Shown in pieces: positions 37,642 through 47,003 of a stretch of 64,000 bases of DNA. Position numbers and translations under genes: made by a program. The notes below the pieces were generated by a model. It had not been told where the DNA came from. It did no database searches and saw only the letters and a list, made by a program, of their open reading frames with translations. This DNA comes from Candidatus Lindowbacteria bacterium RIFCSPLOWO2_12_FULL_62_27 (GTDB lineage: Bacteria; Lindowbacteria; 2-12-FULL-62-27). Numbering within the stretch: the stretch's first letter is position 1; the number at the start of each line of letters is the position of its first letter. Where the stretch lies: positions 186,001-250,000 of the forward strand of contig MFPR01000020.1 in assembly GCA_001784175.1 (NCBI GenBank), written 5' to 3'.

Positions 37642-39267
37642 ATGAAAATCGCGTTGTGCCAGATCAACACGACGGTTGCGGATTTTGAGGGGAACGTGAG
37701 GAAGATCTCCGAGTATGCGTCGCGTGTGGCGGCTCGCGGGGCCGGGCTGGCTGTTTTTCCGGAGCTGGCGGTCACCGGGTATCCGCCCAGGGATTTGCTG
37801 TTGCGCGTGGATTTTGTCGAGTCGGTGCATCGGGCGCTTCGGGATCTGGCACGGCGCGTACGGTTGCCGCTGTTGGTCGGGACGGTTGTGCCGAATGAGT
37901 CGAAGGTCGGCAAGCCCCTGTACAATGCCGCCGCGTTTGTGCGCGGTGGGCGCGTGGCAGCGGTGTTCCGGAAGATGCTGATCCCGACGTACGACGTGTT
38001 CGACGAGGCGCGGTATTTCGAGCCGGGCGGCGCGCCGGGGGCGATCCGGATCGGGCGCGAGCGGGTGGGGGTGACGATCTGCGAGGACGTATGGAACGAC
38101 GCGGACTTCTGGCCGAAACGGCTGTACCGGGTGGATCCGGTGGCGATTCTGTGGAAACAGCGGTTTGATCTGCTCGTCAATCTTTCGGCGTCTCCCTTTG
38201 AGCTTGGCAAGGCGGACCTTCGGAGACGGATGCTCGCGGCGGCGGCCCTCAAATACCGGCGGCCGGTTTTGCAGGTGAATCTGGTTGGCGGGAACGACGA
38301 GCTGTTGTTTGACGGGAATTCGCTGGCGATTGACGCCGCCGGCCGGACGGTGGCGAGAGGGAATGCGTTTGAGGAGGATATGGTCGTGGTGGACACGGAC
38401 CGGCTCTCGCCGATTTCATGCGTGTCTCCGTCGGAGGCCGCTGAGGCGTATGAGGCGCTGGTGATGGGCACGCGGGATTACGCGCGCAAGACTGGGTTTC
38501 TGTCGGCGGTGCTCGGTCTTTCAGGGGGCATCGACTCCTCCGTGACGGCGTGCATCGCGGCGGCGGCGCTGGGCCCCAAAAACGTTCTTGGGGTTCTCAT
38601 GCCCGGGCCGTATTCATCGCGGGGAAGCATAGACGATTCCCGGGCGCTGGCGAAGGCGCTGGGGATCCCGACCGTGACGGTGTCGATCGTTCCGATATTT
38701 CGGGCGTTTCTCCAAACGTTGAGGGCCGTCTTCAAAGGTCTCAAACCGGATGCCACCGAGGAGAATCTTCAGGCGCGCCTGCGCGGGACCATTCTCATGG
38801 CGCTCTCCAACAAATTCGGGCATCTCCTCCTCACCACCGGGAACAAATCGGAGATGTCGGTCGGCTACTGCACGCTGTACGGGGACATGTGCGGCGGGTT
38901 GGCGGTGATTTCAGACGCGCCGAAGATGCTGGTGTACGCGATGGGGCGGCACATCAATGGAATCCTGCCGGTGATTCCGGATCCCGTGTTCAAGAAGGCG
39001 CCCTCCGCGGAACTTCGGCCCAACCAGACGGACCAGGACAGCCTGCCGCCGTATCCGGTGCTGGACCGGTTCATCGACGCGTATGTGGAGCGGCTGGAGC
39101 CGCCATCACGCATGAAAATTCCGGGATTCTCTCACGCCAAACGCGAAACGTGGGCGAGAAAGATCGACGCGGCCGAGTACAAGCGCCGGCAGGCGCCGCC
39201 CGGACTCAAGCTCACGCCGCGCGCGTTCGGGTCCGGGCGGAGGGAACCGATCGCGCGAAAGATTTAA
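37642..39267 (+). CDS. nadE: Glutamine-dependent NAD+ synthetase
   Basis: Nitrilase domain (FPEL, ICEDVW) plus SGGIDS, ENLQAR, TGNKSE, PSAELRPNQTD. Confidence 0.97.
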   Translation: MKIALCQINTTVADFEGNVRKISEYASRVAARGAGLAVFPELAVTGYPPRDLLLRVDFVESVHRALRDLARRVRLPLLVGTVVPNESKVGKPLYNAAAFVRGGRVAAVFRKMLIPTYDVFDEARYFEPGGAPGAIRIGRERVGVTICEDVWNDADFWPKRLYRVDPVAILWKQRFDLLVNLSASPFELGKADLRRRMLAAAALKYRRPVLQVNLVGGNDELLFDGNSLAIDAAGRTVARGNAFEEDMVVVDTDRLSPISCVSPSEAAEAYEALVMGTRDYARKTGFLSAVLGLSGGIDSSVTACIAAAALGPKNVLGVLMPGPYSSRGSIDDSRALAKALGIPTVTVSIVPIFRAFLQTLRAVFKGLKPDATEENLQARLRGTILMALSNKFGHLLLTTGNKSEMSVGYCTLYGDMCGGLAVISDAPKMLVYAMGRHINGILPVIPDPVFKKAPSAELRPNQTDQDSLPPYPVLDRFIDAYVERLEPPSRMKIPGFSHAKRETWARKIDAAEYKRRQAPPGLKLTPRAFGSGRREPIARKI

Positions 39268-39761
39268 CGCTGGAGCGGGATTCCGAACGGCGTTGCGTCG
39301 CCGGTTGCGAGCTGTTGCGCGAATTCTTCCGTCAGCGTGTTGATGTGGGTCTTGAAGATCTTGTCGGCGATTCCGAATTCCCCGTTGGCGGATATCTTGT
39401 TGGACAATTCGTCGTCCATCATCTGAGTGAACATTTTTGTGGCATGGCCGGCGCTGCCGAACAGGTCTTCATCCTCCTCCGGCTCCGGGATGGTGCTTCG
39501 CATGGCTTTCATGACCTGCCGCACGAGCATGGCTTCCATGCCGTCCGCGCCTTTCCGCAGTTCCTCGCGCCGCTGGAGATAGATGTCCTTGAAGGAGGGC
39601 GCGAACGATTTGGGCGCCGCGCCCCTTTCCAGGGCCACGGGCTTGTCCGCCTGCGGGAGGCCCATGGGGGATTCCGCCGGTTTGAGCGGAATCGGCGCGT
39701 GGCCGGAGGGCGCGGTGGCCTGATGATCGCGGGGATTGAGCGGAACGAACGCGACCGACAT
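39264..39761 (-). CDS. flgJ: FlgJ rod-binding domain protein (no muramidase domain)
   Basis: MEAMLVRQVMKAMRSTI...MFTQMMDDELS...GIAD; last gene of the flg block. Confidence 0.8.
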   Translation of the reverse strand: MSVAFVPLNPRDHQATAPSGHAPIPLKPAESPMGLPQADKPVALERGAAPKSFAPSFKDIYLQRREELRKGADGMEAMLVRQVMKAMRSTIPEPEEDEDLFGSAGHATKMFTQMMDDELSNKISANGEFGIADKIFKTHINTLTEEFAQQLATGDATPFGIPLQR

Positions 39762-40927
39762 CAGATCAGGACGATTTCGGCGTAGAGCGCGCCGGCGGAC
39801 CGCATGGCCTGAAGGATGGAGATGACGTCCCTGGGCGTTACGCCGAGGGCGTTTAAGGCCTTGACGATATCGTTGACCGACACGCCGTCGGCCATGTTGA
39901 GGACCTTTTCGCCGATGGGCGGGCCGTCGGGATTGGCCGGGTCCTTGACGTTGACGCTGATGTTTCCGTGCGAGACGGAGACTTTGGACACGCGGACGTT
40001 TTCTCCCATGATGATCGTGCCGGTGCGCTCATTGACGACGATTCTCGCGGGCAGGTCCGGCTCGACCTGGAGGTCCTGGAGGATCGCCAGAAACGTGACC
40101 GGGTCGCCCACGTATTTTTCGGGCATTTTGATGAACACGGCCTGCGGATCCATCGCTTGGGCCAGCGGCTCGGAAAACGTCTGGTTGATCGTGGCTGACA
40201 GGCGCGAAGCGGTGATGAAATCGGGTGCGTGGAGGAGGAGCCGGACGCCGCCGTTCTGAACGTTGATGTCGGAGGCGACTTCCTTTTCGATGATGGCGCC
40301 CTGCGGGACCGTCGCGACCATCGGGTGGTTTCGGGACATCCGCGCGCCGCCGGTTTTCGGGTTGAATCCGCCGATCGACAGGTTTCCCTGCGCGACCGCA
40401 TAGACTTTTCCGTCGGCGCCCACGAGCGGAGTCTGAAGGAGCACGCCACCCTGGAGGTTTTCGGCGTCGCCGATGGACGAGACCTGCACATCGAGCCGGT
40501 CGCCGGGCCGGGCGTAAGGCGGCAGCGTGACCGTAACGAGGACCGCCGCGACGTTGTCGACGCGGATGCTGGTGGGCGCGATCGAAACGCCGAACCGCTG
40601 GAGCATATTGGCGATGGACTGAAGCGTGAAAAGGGACCGTGTTCCGTCGCCGGTGCCTTCGAGTCCCGTGACGAGTCCGTATCCTGTGAGCTGGTTATTC
40701 CGCACGCCGTCGACCCGCGTGAGGTCCTTGACGCGGACCGCGACGGACGAGTGGACGGGCACGGGCATCATAAAGAGGAGCAGGACACTGAGGATGATCC
40801 CAAGCGCCTGCTTGATCCATCGGACCACCGGAGACGCTGTCGCGTCGGCGCGGAACCGGCGCCGGACGCGGATCTGCCGCTGGCTGACGAAATGAATCAT
40901 TCGCGGCGTGCCGTAGATCCGTTTCAT
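39761..40927 (-). CDS. flgI: Flagellar P-ring protein
   Basis: RVKDL..VDGVRNNQLTGYGLVTGLEGTGD, NERTGTII, ISILQAM..AGAL. Start uncertain. Confidence 0.96.
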   Translation of the reverse strand: MKRIYGTPRMIHFVSQRQIRVRRRFRADATASPVVRWIKQALGIILSVLLLFMMPVPVHSSVAVRVKDLTRVDGVRNNQLTGYGLVTGLEGTGDGTRSLFTLQSIANMLQRFGVSIAPTSIRVDNVAAVLVTVTLPPYARPGDRLDVQVSSIGDAENLQGGVLLQTPLVGADGKVYAVAQGNLSIGGFNPKTGGARMSRNHPMVATVPQGAIIEKEVASDINVQNGGVRLLLHAPDFITASRLSATINQTFSEPLAQAMDPQAVFIKMPEKYVGDPVTFLAILQDLQVEPDLPARIVVNERTGTIIMGENVRVSKVSVSHGNISVNVKDPANPDGPPIGEKVLNMADGVSVNDIVKALNALGVTPRDVISILQAMRSAGALYAEIVLI

Positions 40928-40936
40928 GTCCGTTTC

Positions 40937-41584
40937 CTAGAACAGCACATCGACGATGGGCCCGAAGATGCGGTCGGTCAGCGTGCGGCGTTTTTTGGCG
41001 TTGACCGTGAATTCCGGCGTGTAAGAGATGTGGGCATCCCCGAGCTGGCTGGACCGGATGGTGTTGTCCTTGGCGATGTCGTAAGGCCGGATGACGCCGC
41101 TGACCTGGAGGATGATGCGGTCGTTGCTGACGACAAGCGATTTTCGTCCATGGAGGACGAGGTTGCCGTTGGGGAGGACGTTAACGACCTGAGCGGCGAT
41201 GGCGAGGCTGAGGAGCGACTCGTTGGCGGTGTTGTTTTTGCGTTCCAGCTCGGATTTGCCGTTGATTTCCGCGCCGAAGAGCGGGATTTTGCGAGCGATC
41301 CGGTGCCAGAAGTGATCGTCGTCCTTGTCATTGGGCTGCGGCGAGGTGGCGCCGTCGATTTTCCCTCCGACCTTAAGTTCCTTTTCGCGGGTATTGTCAT
41401 TCTTGTTCCGGCTTTTCTGATTCTCCGTGACGATGACGGTCACGATGTCGCCGATCGAATGCGCGCGGATGTCGGCGAACATCGACTCCGAATTGGCGTT
41501 CCAGAGCGACTTGGCGTCCGCAGGTTTGGCGAACCCGAGCGCCGAGCAAACGAGCAGGGCAAGAGCGAACCTTACGGGTTTCAT
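40937..41584 (-). CDS. flgH: Flagellar L-ring protein
   Basis: FADIRA..IGDIVTV, VLPNGNL...GRK, SGVIRPYDI..DNTI.S. Start set at ATG 41584 (ATGA overlap). Confidence 0.92.
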   Translation of the reverse strand: MKPVRFALALLVCSALGFAKPADAKSLWNANSESMFADIRAHSIGDIVTVIVTENQKSRNKNDNTREKELKVGGKIDGATSPQPNDKDDDHFWHRIARKIPLFGAEINGKSELERKNNTANESLLSLAIAAQVVNVLPNGNLVLHGRKSLVVSNDRIILQVSGVIRPYDIAKDNTIRSSQLGDAHISYTPEFTVNAKKRRTLTDRIFGPIVDVLF

Positions 41585-42345
41585 CCTTTGTCTCCTTCCG
41601 CCCACACGAAACGCGCCTGGCGTGGGCCTGTGATATTGGCGTAAAAGCGTTTGAGGCTGAGCGTATTCTTAAACGGTATCTGGTCGCCGACGAATCCCGA
41701 GGACTGCGCCTCCGCGAAGACCTTGACCCCCATGCCGCCCGCCACCAGTTCGACTTCGATGATTTCCCCGCGAAGGACCGCGAAGGGCTGGCGGGCGAAA
41801 TCGCGTTCGATCCGTTCGCCCTGAGAGATATTCCGGTTGGCTTCCTGGTCGAGGATCTGTGCGGGGTCGGTGACGGCATCGGTTGGAAGATCGTCCAGCC
41901 TTACCCGGCGGAGAATCAGATCGCTTTCGGCGATCCGCTTCCCCGCCGGGATGTGATATCGAGCGCGAATGTCCAGCCCCTCAGCCGACACCGCCGCCGC
42001 GCAGAAGGCGGTCTTGCGAATCCCGCGCTCGCCCAAGGCTGAAATTTTATACCTGCGGATCCCAAGCCGTCGGTGGCCTGCCATTTCTTCAAATACAAGT
42101 TCGGACCCTTCCGGGTAAGGAAATTTTTCCGGGAACTGCGTGAATCGGATGCGGATGTCGGAGAATCCCAGAGGGTCGAGTTCCGCGGCAAGCACCGCCA
42201 AGATCTTCGCCTCCGCGTCGGAGCGGGTCAGGGATTTGTTTTCGATTGCCCCTGCGGTAAAACAGAGTCCCCCCACCCAGCCTCCCCCACAAGGGGGGAG
42301 GAGGGAGATGGTGACGGTAATCAGGATCAGGGCCACCCGTTTCAT
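41581..42345 (-). CDS. flgA: Flagellar P-ring chaperone FlgA
   Basis: SAF-like domain and AVLRGEII...AEAQSSG.VGDQI...N..S.K; position between flgG and flgH. Confidence 0.82.
   Translation of the reverse strand: MKRVALILITVTISLLPPCGGGWVGGLCFTAGAIENKSLTRSDAEAKILAVLAAELDPLGFSDIRIRFTQFPEKFPYPEGSELVFEEMAGHRRLGIRRYKISALGERGIRKTAFCAAAVSAEGLDIRARYHIPAGKRIAESDLILRRVRLDDLPTDAVTDPAQILDQEANRNISQGERIERDFARQPFAVLRGEIIEVELVAGGMGVKVFAEAQSSGFVGDQIPFKNTLSLKRFYANITGPRQARFVWAEGDKG
42269..42308. repeat. REP-like repeat inside the flgA signal-peptide region
   Basis: CCCCCCACCCAG-CCTCCCCC-ACAA-GGGGGGAGG hairpin, translated as SLLPPCGGGWVGG. Confidence 0.65.
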
Positions 42346-43130
42346 CGCTTGAGACCTGCGGCCGTCTGGAGCATTCCGTCGGAGGTCTGGATGGACCGGG
42401 AGTTGACCTCATAGGCGCGCTGGGCGGTGATGAGGTCGACCATGCTTTCGACGACCTGGACGTTGGACATTTCGAGGAATCCCTGGCGGAGCGCGCCGAT
42501 GCCCTCGGTTTGGGGCTGCGCTTCGATGGGCGCGCCGCTGGCCGCCGTTTCGAGAAAGAGGTTTTGTCCGACCGCGCCGAGGCCCGCCGGGTTGACGAAC
42601 TTGGCCAGCGTGATCGTTCCGATCTGCGCCGGCGCGACCGCGCCGGGCTGCTGGACCGAGACGGTGCCGTCGGTGGTGATGAGAATGGCGGTAGCGTCCT
42701 GCGGCACCGTGATGGCGTCCGCGATGGGGTCGCCATCGGAGGTAACGACGCGGCCGGTCGAATCGAGTTTGAAGCTGCCGTCTCGCGTGAAGGCCGTGAT
42801 GCCGCCCGCGAGGGTGACGCGGAAAAACCCGTCGCCCTCGACAGCGATATCGAGCGGATTGGCGGTGCGTTTGAGGCTTCCCTGCTCGAACATTTTTTGC
42901 GTCGCCGCCACGCGGGTGCCCAAGCCCACCTGGATGCCGGTCGGGATCTGGACGTCGCCGGAGGTCGGCGTGCCGGCGAGGAGCATGCGCTGATACATGA
43001 GGTCTTCGAAGTCGACACGGTCTTTTTTAAAAGCCGTGGTATTGACGTTGGCGAGGTTGTTCGAAATGACGTCGACATTGAACTGCTGTCCGATCATGCC
43101 GGTCGACGCGGTCCACAAAGATCTCATCAT
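42342..43130 (-). CDS. flgG: Flagellar distal rod protein
   Basis: SLWTASTGM..QQ..VDVISNNLANVNT, TRDGSF, LEMSNV.VV, ITAQRAYE.NS. Confidence 0.96.
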   Translation of the reverse strand: MMRSLWTASTGMIGQQFNVDVISNNLANVNTTAFKKDRVDFEDLMYQRMLLAGTPTSGDVQIPTGIQVGLGTRVAATQKMFEQGSLKRTANPLDIAVEGDGFFRVTLAGGITAFTRDGSFKLDSTGRVVTSDGDPIADAITVPQDATAILITTDGTVSVQQPGAVAPAQIGTITLAKFVNPAGLGAVGQNLFLETAASGAPIEAQPQTEGIGALRQGFLEMSNVQVVESMVDLITAQRAYEVNSRSIQTSDGMLQTAAGLKR

Positions 43131-43158
43131 GGCAGGTTGACCTCCTTCAGTTGGGTTC

Positions 43159-43947
43159 TCATACTCTCGATACCTCGTTGACGGCCTGGCCGAGGAGCTG
43201 GTCGTGGGACGTGATGACCCGCTGGTTGGCCTCGTAGGCGCGGTTGACGACGATCATTTGCACCATGTCTTTGACGATATTCGAATTCGCGGCTTCGACG
43301 AAACCCTGGCGGAATTCCGTCGGGGCGGGCGCGGGGACGGGGTCGCCGCTTTTTTGCGTTTGCGCAAAGAAATTATCGCCGACTTTGGAAAGCATCTGCA
43401 TATCTTTGAAGGTGACCAGCCGTATCTGTCCGAGCACGATCCCGTCGCGGTCGACGAGGAGGCCATTTTTCTGGACGTAGAGGCCTTCGACGTTTACCGG
43501 AATGGGATCTCCGTCCACGCCGAGGACGCGGTCGCCGTGGAGGTTCGTGAGAAGCCCGTCGCCGTTGCGGATGAAGTTTCCGGCCCGCGTGTAGAATTTG
43601 CCTTGGCCGGGCCGATCCACCTCAAAGAATCCCTCGCCCCAGATGGCGAGGTCGAGCGGGTTGCCCGTGGACTTCAACGCGCCCTGCGAAAAGTCGACAT
43701 ACTCGCCCTTGACGCGCACGCCGGTGCCCATGTCGCCGATGTAGGGCCGGATATCGAAATCGCCGGCGGGCGTTTCGATGACGTTGTGGAAGAGGCGATG
43801 CATCTTGAAGCGGGGTTCCTCTTTCCAGAGCATGAGGTGCCGTTTAAAGGCCGGGGTGTCGACGTTGGCGAGGTTGTTGGAGAGGACGTCCATTTCAGTC
43901 CATTTGGCGAGCATGCCGGATGCGCCGGTGTAGATGCCGCGAATCAT
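43159..43947 (-). CDS. flgF: Flagellar rod protein FlgF-like
   Basis: MIRGIYTGASGM, SNNLAN, TGNPLDLAI, YTRAGNF, RAYEANQ; upstream of flgG. Confidence 0.85.
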   Translation of the reverse strand: MIRGIYTGASGMLAKWTEMDVLSNNLANVDTPAFKRHLMLWKEEPRFKMHRLFHNVIETPAGDFDIRPYIGDMGTGVRVKGEYVDFSQGALKSTGNPLDLAIWGEGFFEVDRPGQGKFYTRAGNFIRNGDGLLTNLHGDRVLGVDGDPIPVNVEGLYVQKNGLLVDRDGIVLGQIRLVTFKDMQMLSKVGDNFFAQTQKSGDPVPAPAPTEFRQGFVEAANSNIVKDMVQMIVVNRAYEANQRVITSHDQLLGQAVNEVSRV

Positions 43948-45197
43948 CCGTGTTTCCTTCGGATGGCGGCGCCGACGCTTCTCAGTTTTTTTTCCATCGT
44001 TTCGTAGCCGCGGTCCAGGTGATAGACGCGGCTGATGGTGGTTTTGCCCTCGGCCACGAGCCCCGCCAGCACGAGTGCGGCGCTGGCGCGAAGATCCGAG
44101 GCGGTGACGGGCGCGCCCTTGAGGCACCGTGCGCCCTTGATCACAGCCACGCGCCCTTCGAGGGAGATGTCGGCGCCCATGCGTGTGAGTTCGGCGGCAT
44201 GGAGGAATCTGTTTTCAAACACCGTTTCCGTGATGACGCTGGTCCCGTCGCCGACCGCCATGAGCGACATGAACTGCGCCTGCATGTCGGTCGGGAATCC
44301 CGGGTAGGGCATGGTGGTGAGGGTCAGGGCCCGGGGCCGGCGGTCCGCCGAGACTCGCACTTCGTCGACGTCCCGGTCGACCCGCGCGCCGGCCTCGGCC
44401 AGCCGATCGAGGACGGCGGCCATGTGGTCCGGCCGGGCATGGAGGAGGCGCAGATCACCGCGGGTCAGCGTCGCGGCGACCGCATAGGTGCCGGCTTCGA
44501 TCCGGTCAGGGACCACGCGATGTTTGACGCCTTGGAGCCGTGCCGCGCCGCGGACCACGAGTTTGGAGGTCCCCGCGCCCTGAACGGATGCGCCTGCGGC
44601 CGTGAGGAATGCGGCGAGGTCCGAGATTTCCGGCTCGCGGGACGCGTTCAGGAGGGTCGTTTGCCGCGGCAAGGCGGCCGCGTACATCATCAGATTTTCG
44701 GTCGCGCCGACGCTCGGAAAGGGCAGGCGGACGATCCGTTTTGGGGTGTCTTTTGCCGCCAGTTCCACGTAGCCGGCATCGAGGGATATCGCAGCGCCCA
44801 GGGCCTGAAATCCCTTGAGGTGGAGATCGATCGGCCGCGCTCCGATCGCGCAGCCGCCGGGCAGGGACACGCGCGCTTTCCGGAATCGCGCAAGCAGGGG
44901 TCCCATCACGAGGATGCTCGCCCGCATGGTCCGCACGAGCTCGTAGGGCGCGACGAAGGACCGAAGTCTGCGGGAATCGATGGTCAGGCGTGGCGGCGCG
45001 CAGTCGATCTTCGCGCCCAGCCAGGTCAGAAGTTTTGCCATGGTATGGACATCTCTCAAGTTCGGCACGTTTTCGATTTCGACGAAGTCGGAAGTCAGCA
45101 GGCTCGCCGCCATGATGGGCAGCACGGCATTCTTGGATCCGCTGATTGTGATCTTCCCTCGAAGCGGTTTCCCGCCGTCGATCACAAAGGTGTCCAT
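43944..45197 (-). CDS. murA: UDP-N-acetylglucosamine 1-carboxyvinyltransferase
   Basis: GSKNAVLP, LPGGCAIGARP, PYPGFPTDMQ, DLRASAAL, HLDRGYE. Confidence 0.98.
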   Translation of the reverse strand: MDTFVIDGGKPLRGKITISGSKNAVLPIMAASLLTSDFVEIENVPNLRDVHTMAKLLTWLGAKIDCAPPRLTIDSRRLRSFVAPYELVRTMRASILVMGPLLARFRKARVSLPGGCAIGARPIDLHLKGFQALGAAISLDAGYVELAAKDTPKRIVRLPFPSVGATENLMMYAAALPRQTTLLNASREPEISDLAAFLTAAGASVQGAGTSKLVVRGAARLQGVKHRVVPDRIEAGTYAVAATLTRGDLRLLHARPDHMAAVLDRLAEAGARVDRDVDEVRVSADRRPRALTLTTMPYPGFPTDMQAQFMSLMAVGDGTSVITETVFENRFLHAAELTRMGADISLEGRVAVIKGARCLKGAPVTASDLRASAALVLAGLVAEGKTTISRVYHLDRGYETMEKKLRSVGAAIRRKHG

Positions 45198-45398
45198 CCC
45201 TGTGTTTCCCCCTACCACCACCCCAAGCCAAGCCCCCCTCAGGGGCTCTTGTTTGATCTTCGGTATGCAGGGGCCTGGACTTTAAAATTCTTCAGCAAAG
45301 ATGTGTACATTTGCAATTGTTTGAAGTATGGTGCGGCCCTGTGTCAGAGGATGAGGGAATCCCCGAGCATTCAAATCGAAAGGACATGACGGATCCAT

Positions 45399-46385
45399 AT
45401 GCGAGAACTTAAGCGGCATCACCGCGCTGACGCAGCATCGTTTTCCCGCCAGAATCGCAGGGGGCCCAGGATGGACACCCGGAGGGCGCCCTCGCAGGCG
45501 CCGGCGCCTACCGCGGTCCGGAAGGCGTTCGAGCAGTTGACGGCGACGCATCCGACGCAGCGAATGGTCATGGAAACGCGGCCGGAGGAAAAACTGGGGC
45601 GCTGGATGGACCTGCTCACGCCGATCGGCCGGGGTCAGCGGTGCCTGATCGTGGCGCCGCCGAAGACCGGCAAGACGACGCTACTCAAAACGATTTCGCA
45701 GGCTCTGACCCAGAACCATCCCGAGGTGGTCCAACTGGTGCTTTTGGTGGATGAGCGCCCGGAGGAGGTGACGGATTTTGAGCGGTCGGTGAAGGCGAAG
45801 GTGGTGGCGTCGTCGTCGGACAAATCGACCGAAAACCATATTGCCCGGACGCGGGGTGTTCTGGAGGAGGCGATGCAGGCGGTGCTGGACGGTCGCGACG
45901 CGATCATTCTCCTCGACTCGATCACACGGCTGGCGCGGGCCTTCAACCTGCATTCCAATTCCAACTCCAAAACCCTCTCGGGGGGACTGGGCGCGCAGGC
46001 GATGCAGGAGCCCCGCCAGTTTTTTGGCGCGGCTCGGTATGTCGAGAACGGCGGGAGCCTGACGGTGGTGGCGACCGCGCTGATTGAAACGGGATCCCGG
46101 ATGGACGACGTGATATTTCAGGAATTCAAGGGCACCGGAAACATGGAGCTGGTTCTGTCGCGGGACCTCGCGGAGAAGCGGTGTTTCCCCGCGATCAATA
46201 TCCGCGAGTCCGGCACGCGGAAAGAGGAGCTCTTGTATCCCGAGGATCAGTACCGCGGGCTGGTGTCGCTGCGCCAGATCATGAGCCAGCTCAGCCCGGA
46301 CGACGCCTTCCGGATGGTGGACAAAGTTCTGACGGACTTTCGGAGAAACCAGGATCTCCTGCTGCAGCTCGGGTCAGGCAGGTAA
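45399..46385 (+). CDS. rho: Transcription termination factor Rho, short form without N-terminal RNA-binding domain
   Basis: [55 protein letters not shown]. Confidence 0.9.
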   Translation: MRELKRHHRADAASFSRQNRRGPRMDTRRAPSQAPAPTAVRKAFEQLTATHPTQRMVMETRPEEKLGRWMDLLTPIGRGQRCLIVAPPKTGKTTLLKTISQALTQNHPEVVQLVLLVDERPEEVTDFERSVKAKVVASSSDKSTENHIARTRGVLEEAMQAVLDGRDAIILLDSITRLARAFNLHSNSNSKTLSGGLGAQAMQEPRQFFGAARYVENGGSLTVVATALIETGSRMDDVIFQEFKGTGNMELVLSRDLAEKRCFPAINIRESGTRKEELLYPEDQYRGLVSLRQIMSQLSPDDAFRMVDKVLTDFRRNQDLLLQLGSGR

Positions 46386-46388
46386 GAA

Positions 46389-46448
46389 GGCTATTCAGGC
46401 CCCCTCACCCCAGCCCTCTCCCCCTGTGGGGGAGAGGGGGGTGAATCC
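46389..46448. repeat. REP-like palindromic repeat downstream of rho
   Basis: CCCTCACCCCAG-CCCTCTCCCCC-TGT-GGGGGAGAGGG flanked by CTATTCAG / GTGAAT, as at 30657-30804; may act as a terminator between convergent genes. Confidence 0.8.
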
Positions 46449-46468
46449 AGCCTCACCCGGCAGGGGGG

Positions 46469-46648
46469 GTGAAGCGGAATTCGGCGACGCGGGGGAGACC
46501 CGCGAGGTCCGGATGAAGGGCGGCCAGACGAAGCGGCGAATTCTCCAACAATCCGCCGGACTCCAGGGCCGCAGCGATCCGCGGGGACACTTCTAGGAAC
46601 AACGCGCCGTCCGGCCGAAGGTGGCGGGCGGCGGACCTGAAAATCCTA
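46469..46648 (-). repeat. Displaced duplicate of the prmC 3' end
   Basis: 180-bp direct repeat of 47004-47183 with 7 substitutions by manual alignment. Confidence 0.93.
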
Positions 46649-47003
46649 GGAGCACGAGAGCACGAAGAGCACGGAGCACGACGCCAGACCGTAGGAGCAC
46701 GACGCCAGACCGTAAGTTGTTAAGTTGTTTTGTAAGTCGAACACGAGGAGCCAGTTTCTGTTCACGTAAACGTGGGGTAGTGCGATAGTTTCTGGACGGC
46801 GGGAGGGAAGTTGAGCCACCGGGATACGGTGGTGGAATCGTGTCCCCTGTGAGCGGCCTTGGGCGGCATATGATTAGGCCCATAGCAACGCTTTCGCAGT
46901 TATTACGGCATACAAAGCCGTCTATACGCCGACTGCATCCTTCTCACCTCAGAAAAGATACAGAACAACTTAACAACTTACGGTCTGGTGCCGTGCCGGT
47001 GCC
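46649..47003. mobile_element. Non-coding mini-element with 38-bp imperfect inverted repeats
   Basis: 46697-46734 matches the reverse complement of 46959-46996 at 35/38; GAGCACG-type repeats at the left end; lies between the two prmC 3' copies. Confidence 0.55.

Noticed and set aside
46649-46734. CRISPR array
   Set aside because: Repeats are adjacent with no unique spacers, and there are no cas genes in the window.
46593-46883. 96-aa ORF inside the mini-element
   Set aside because: Runs through repeats and the prmC duplicate out of frame; no recognisable motif or RBS.
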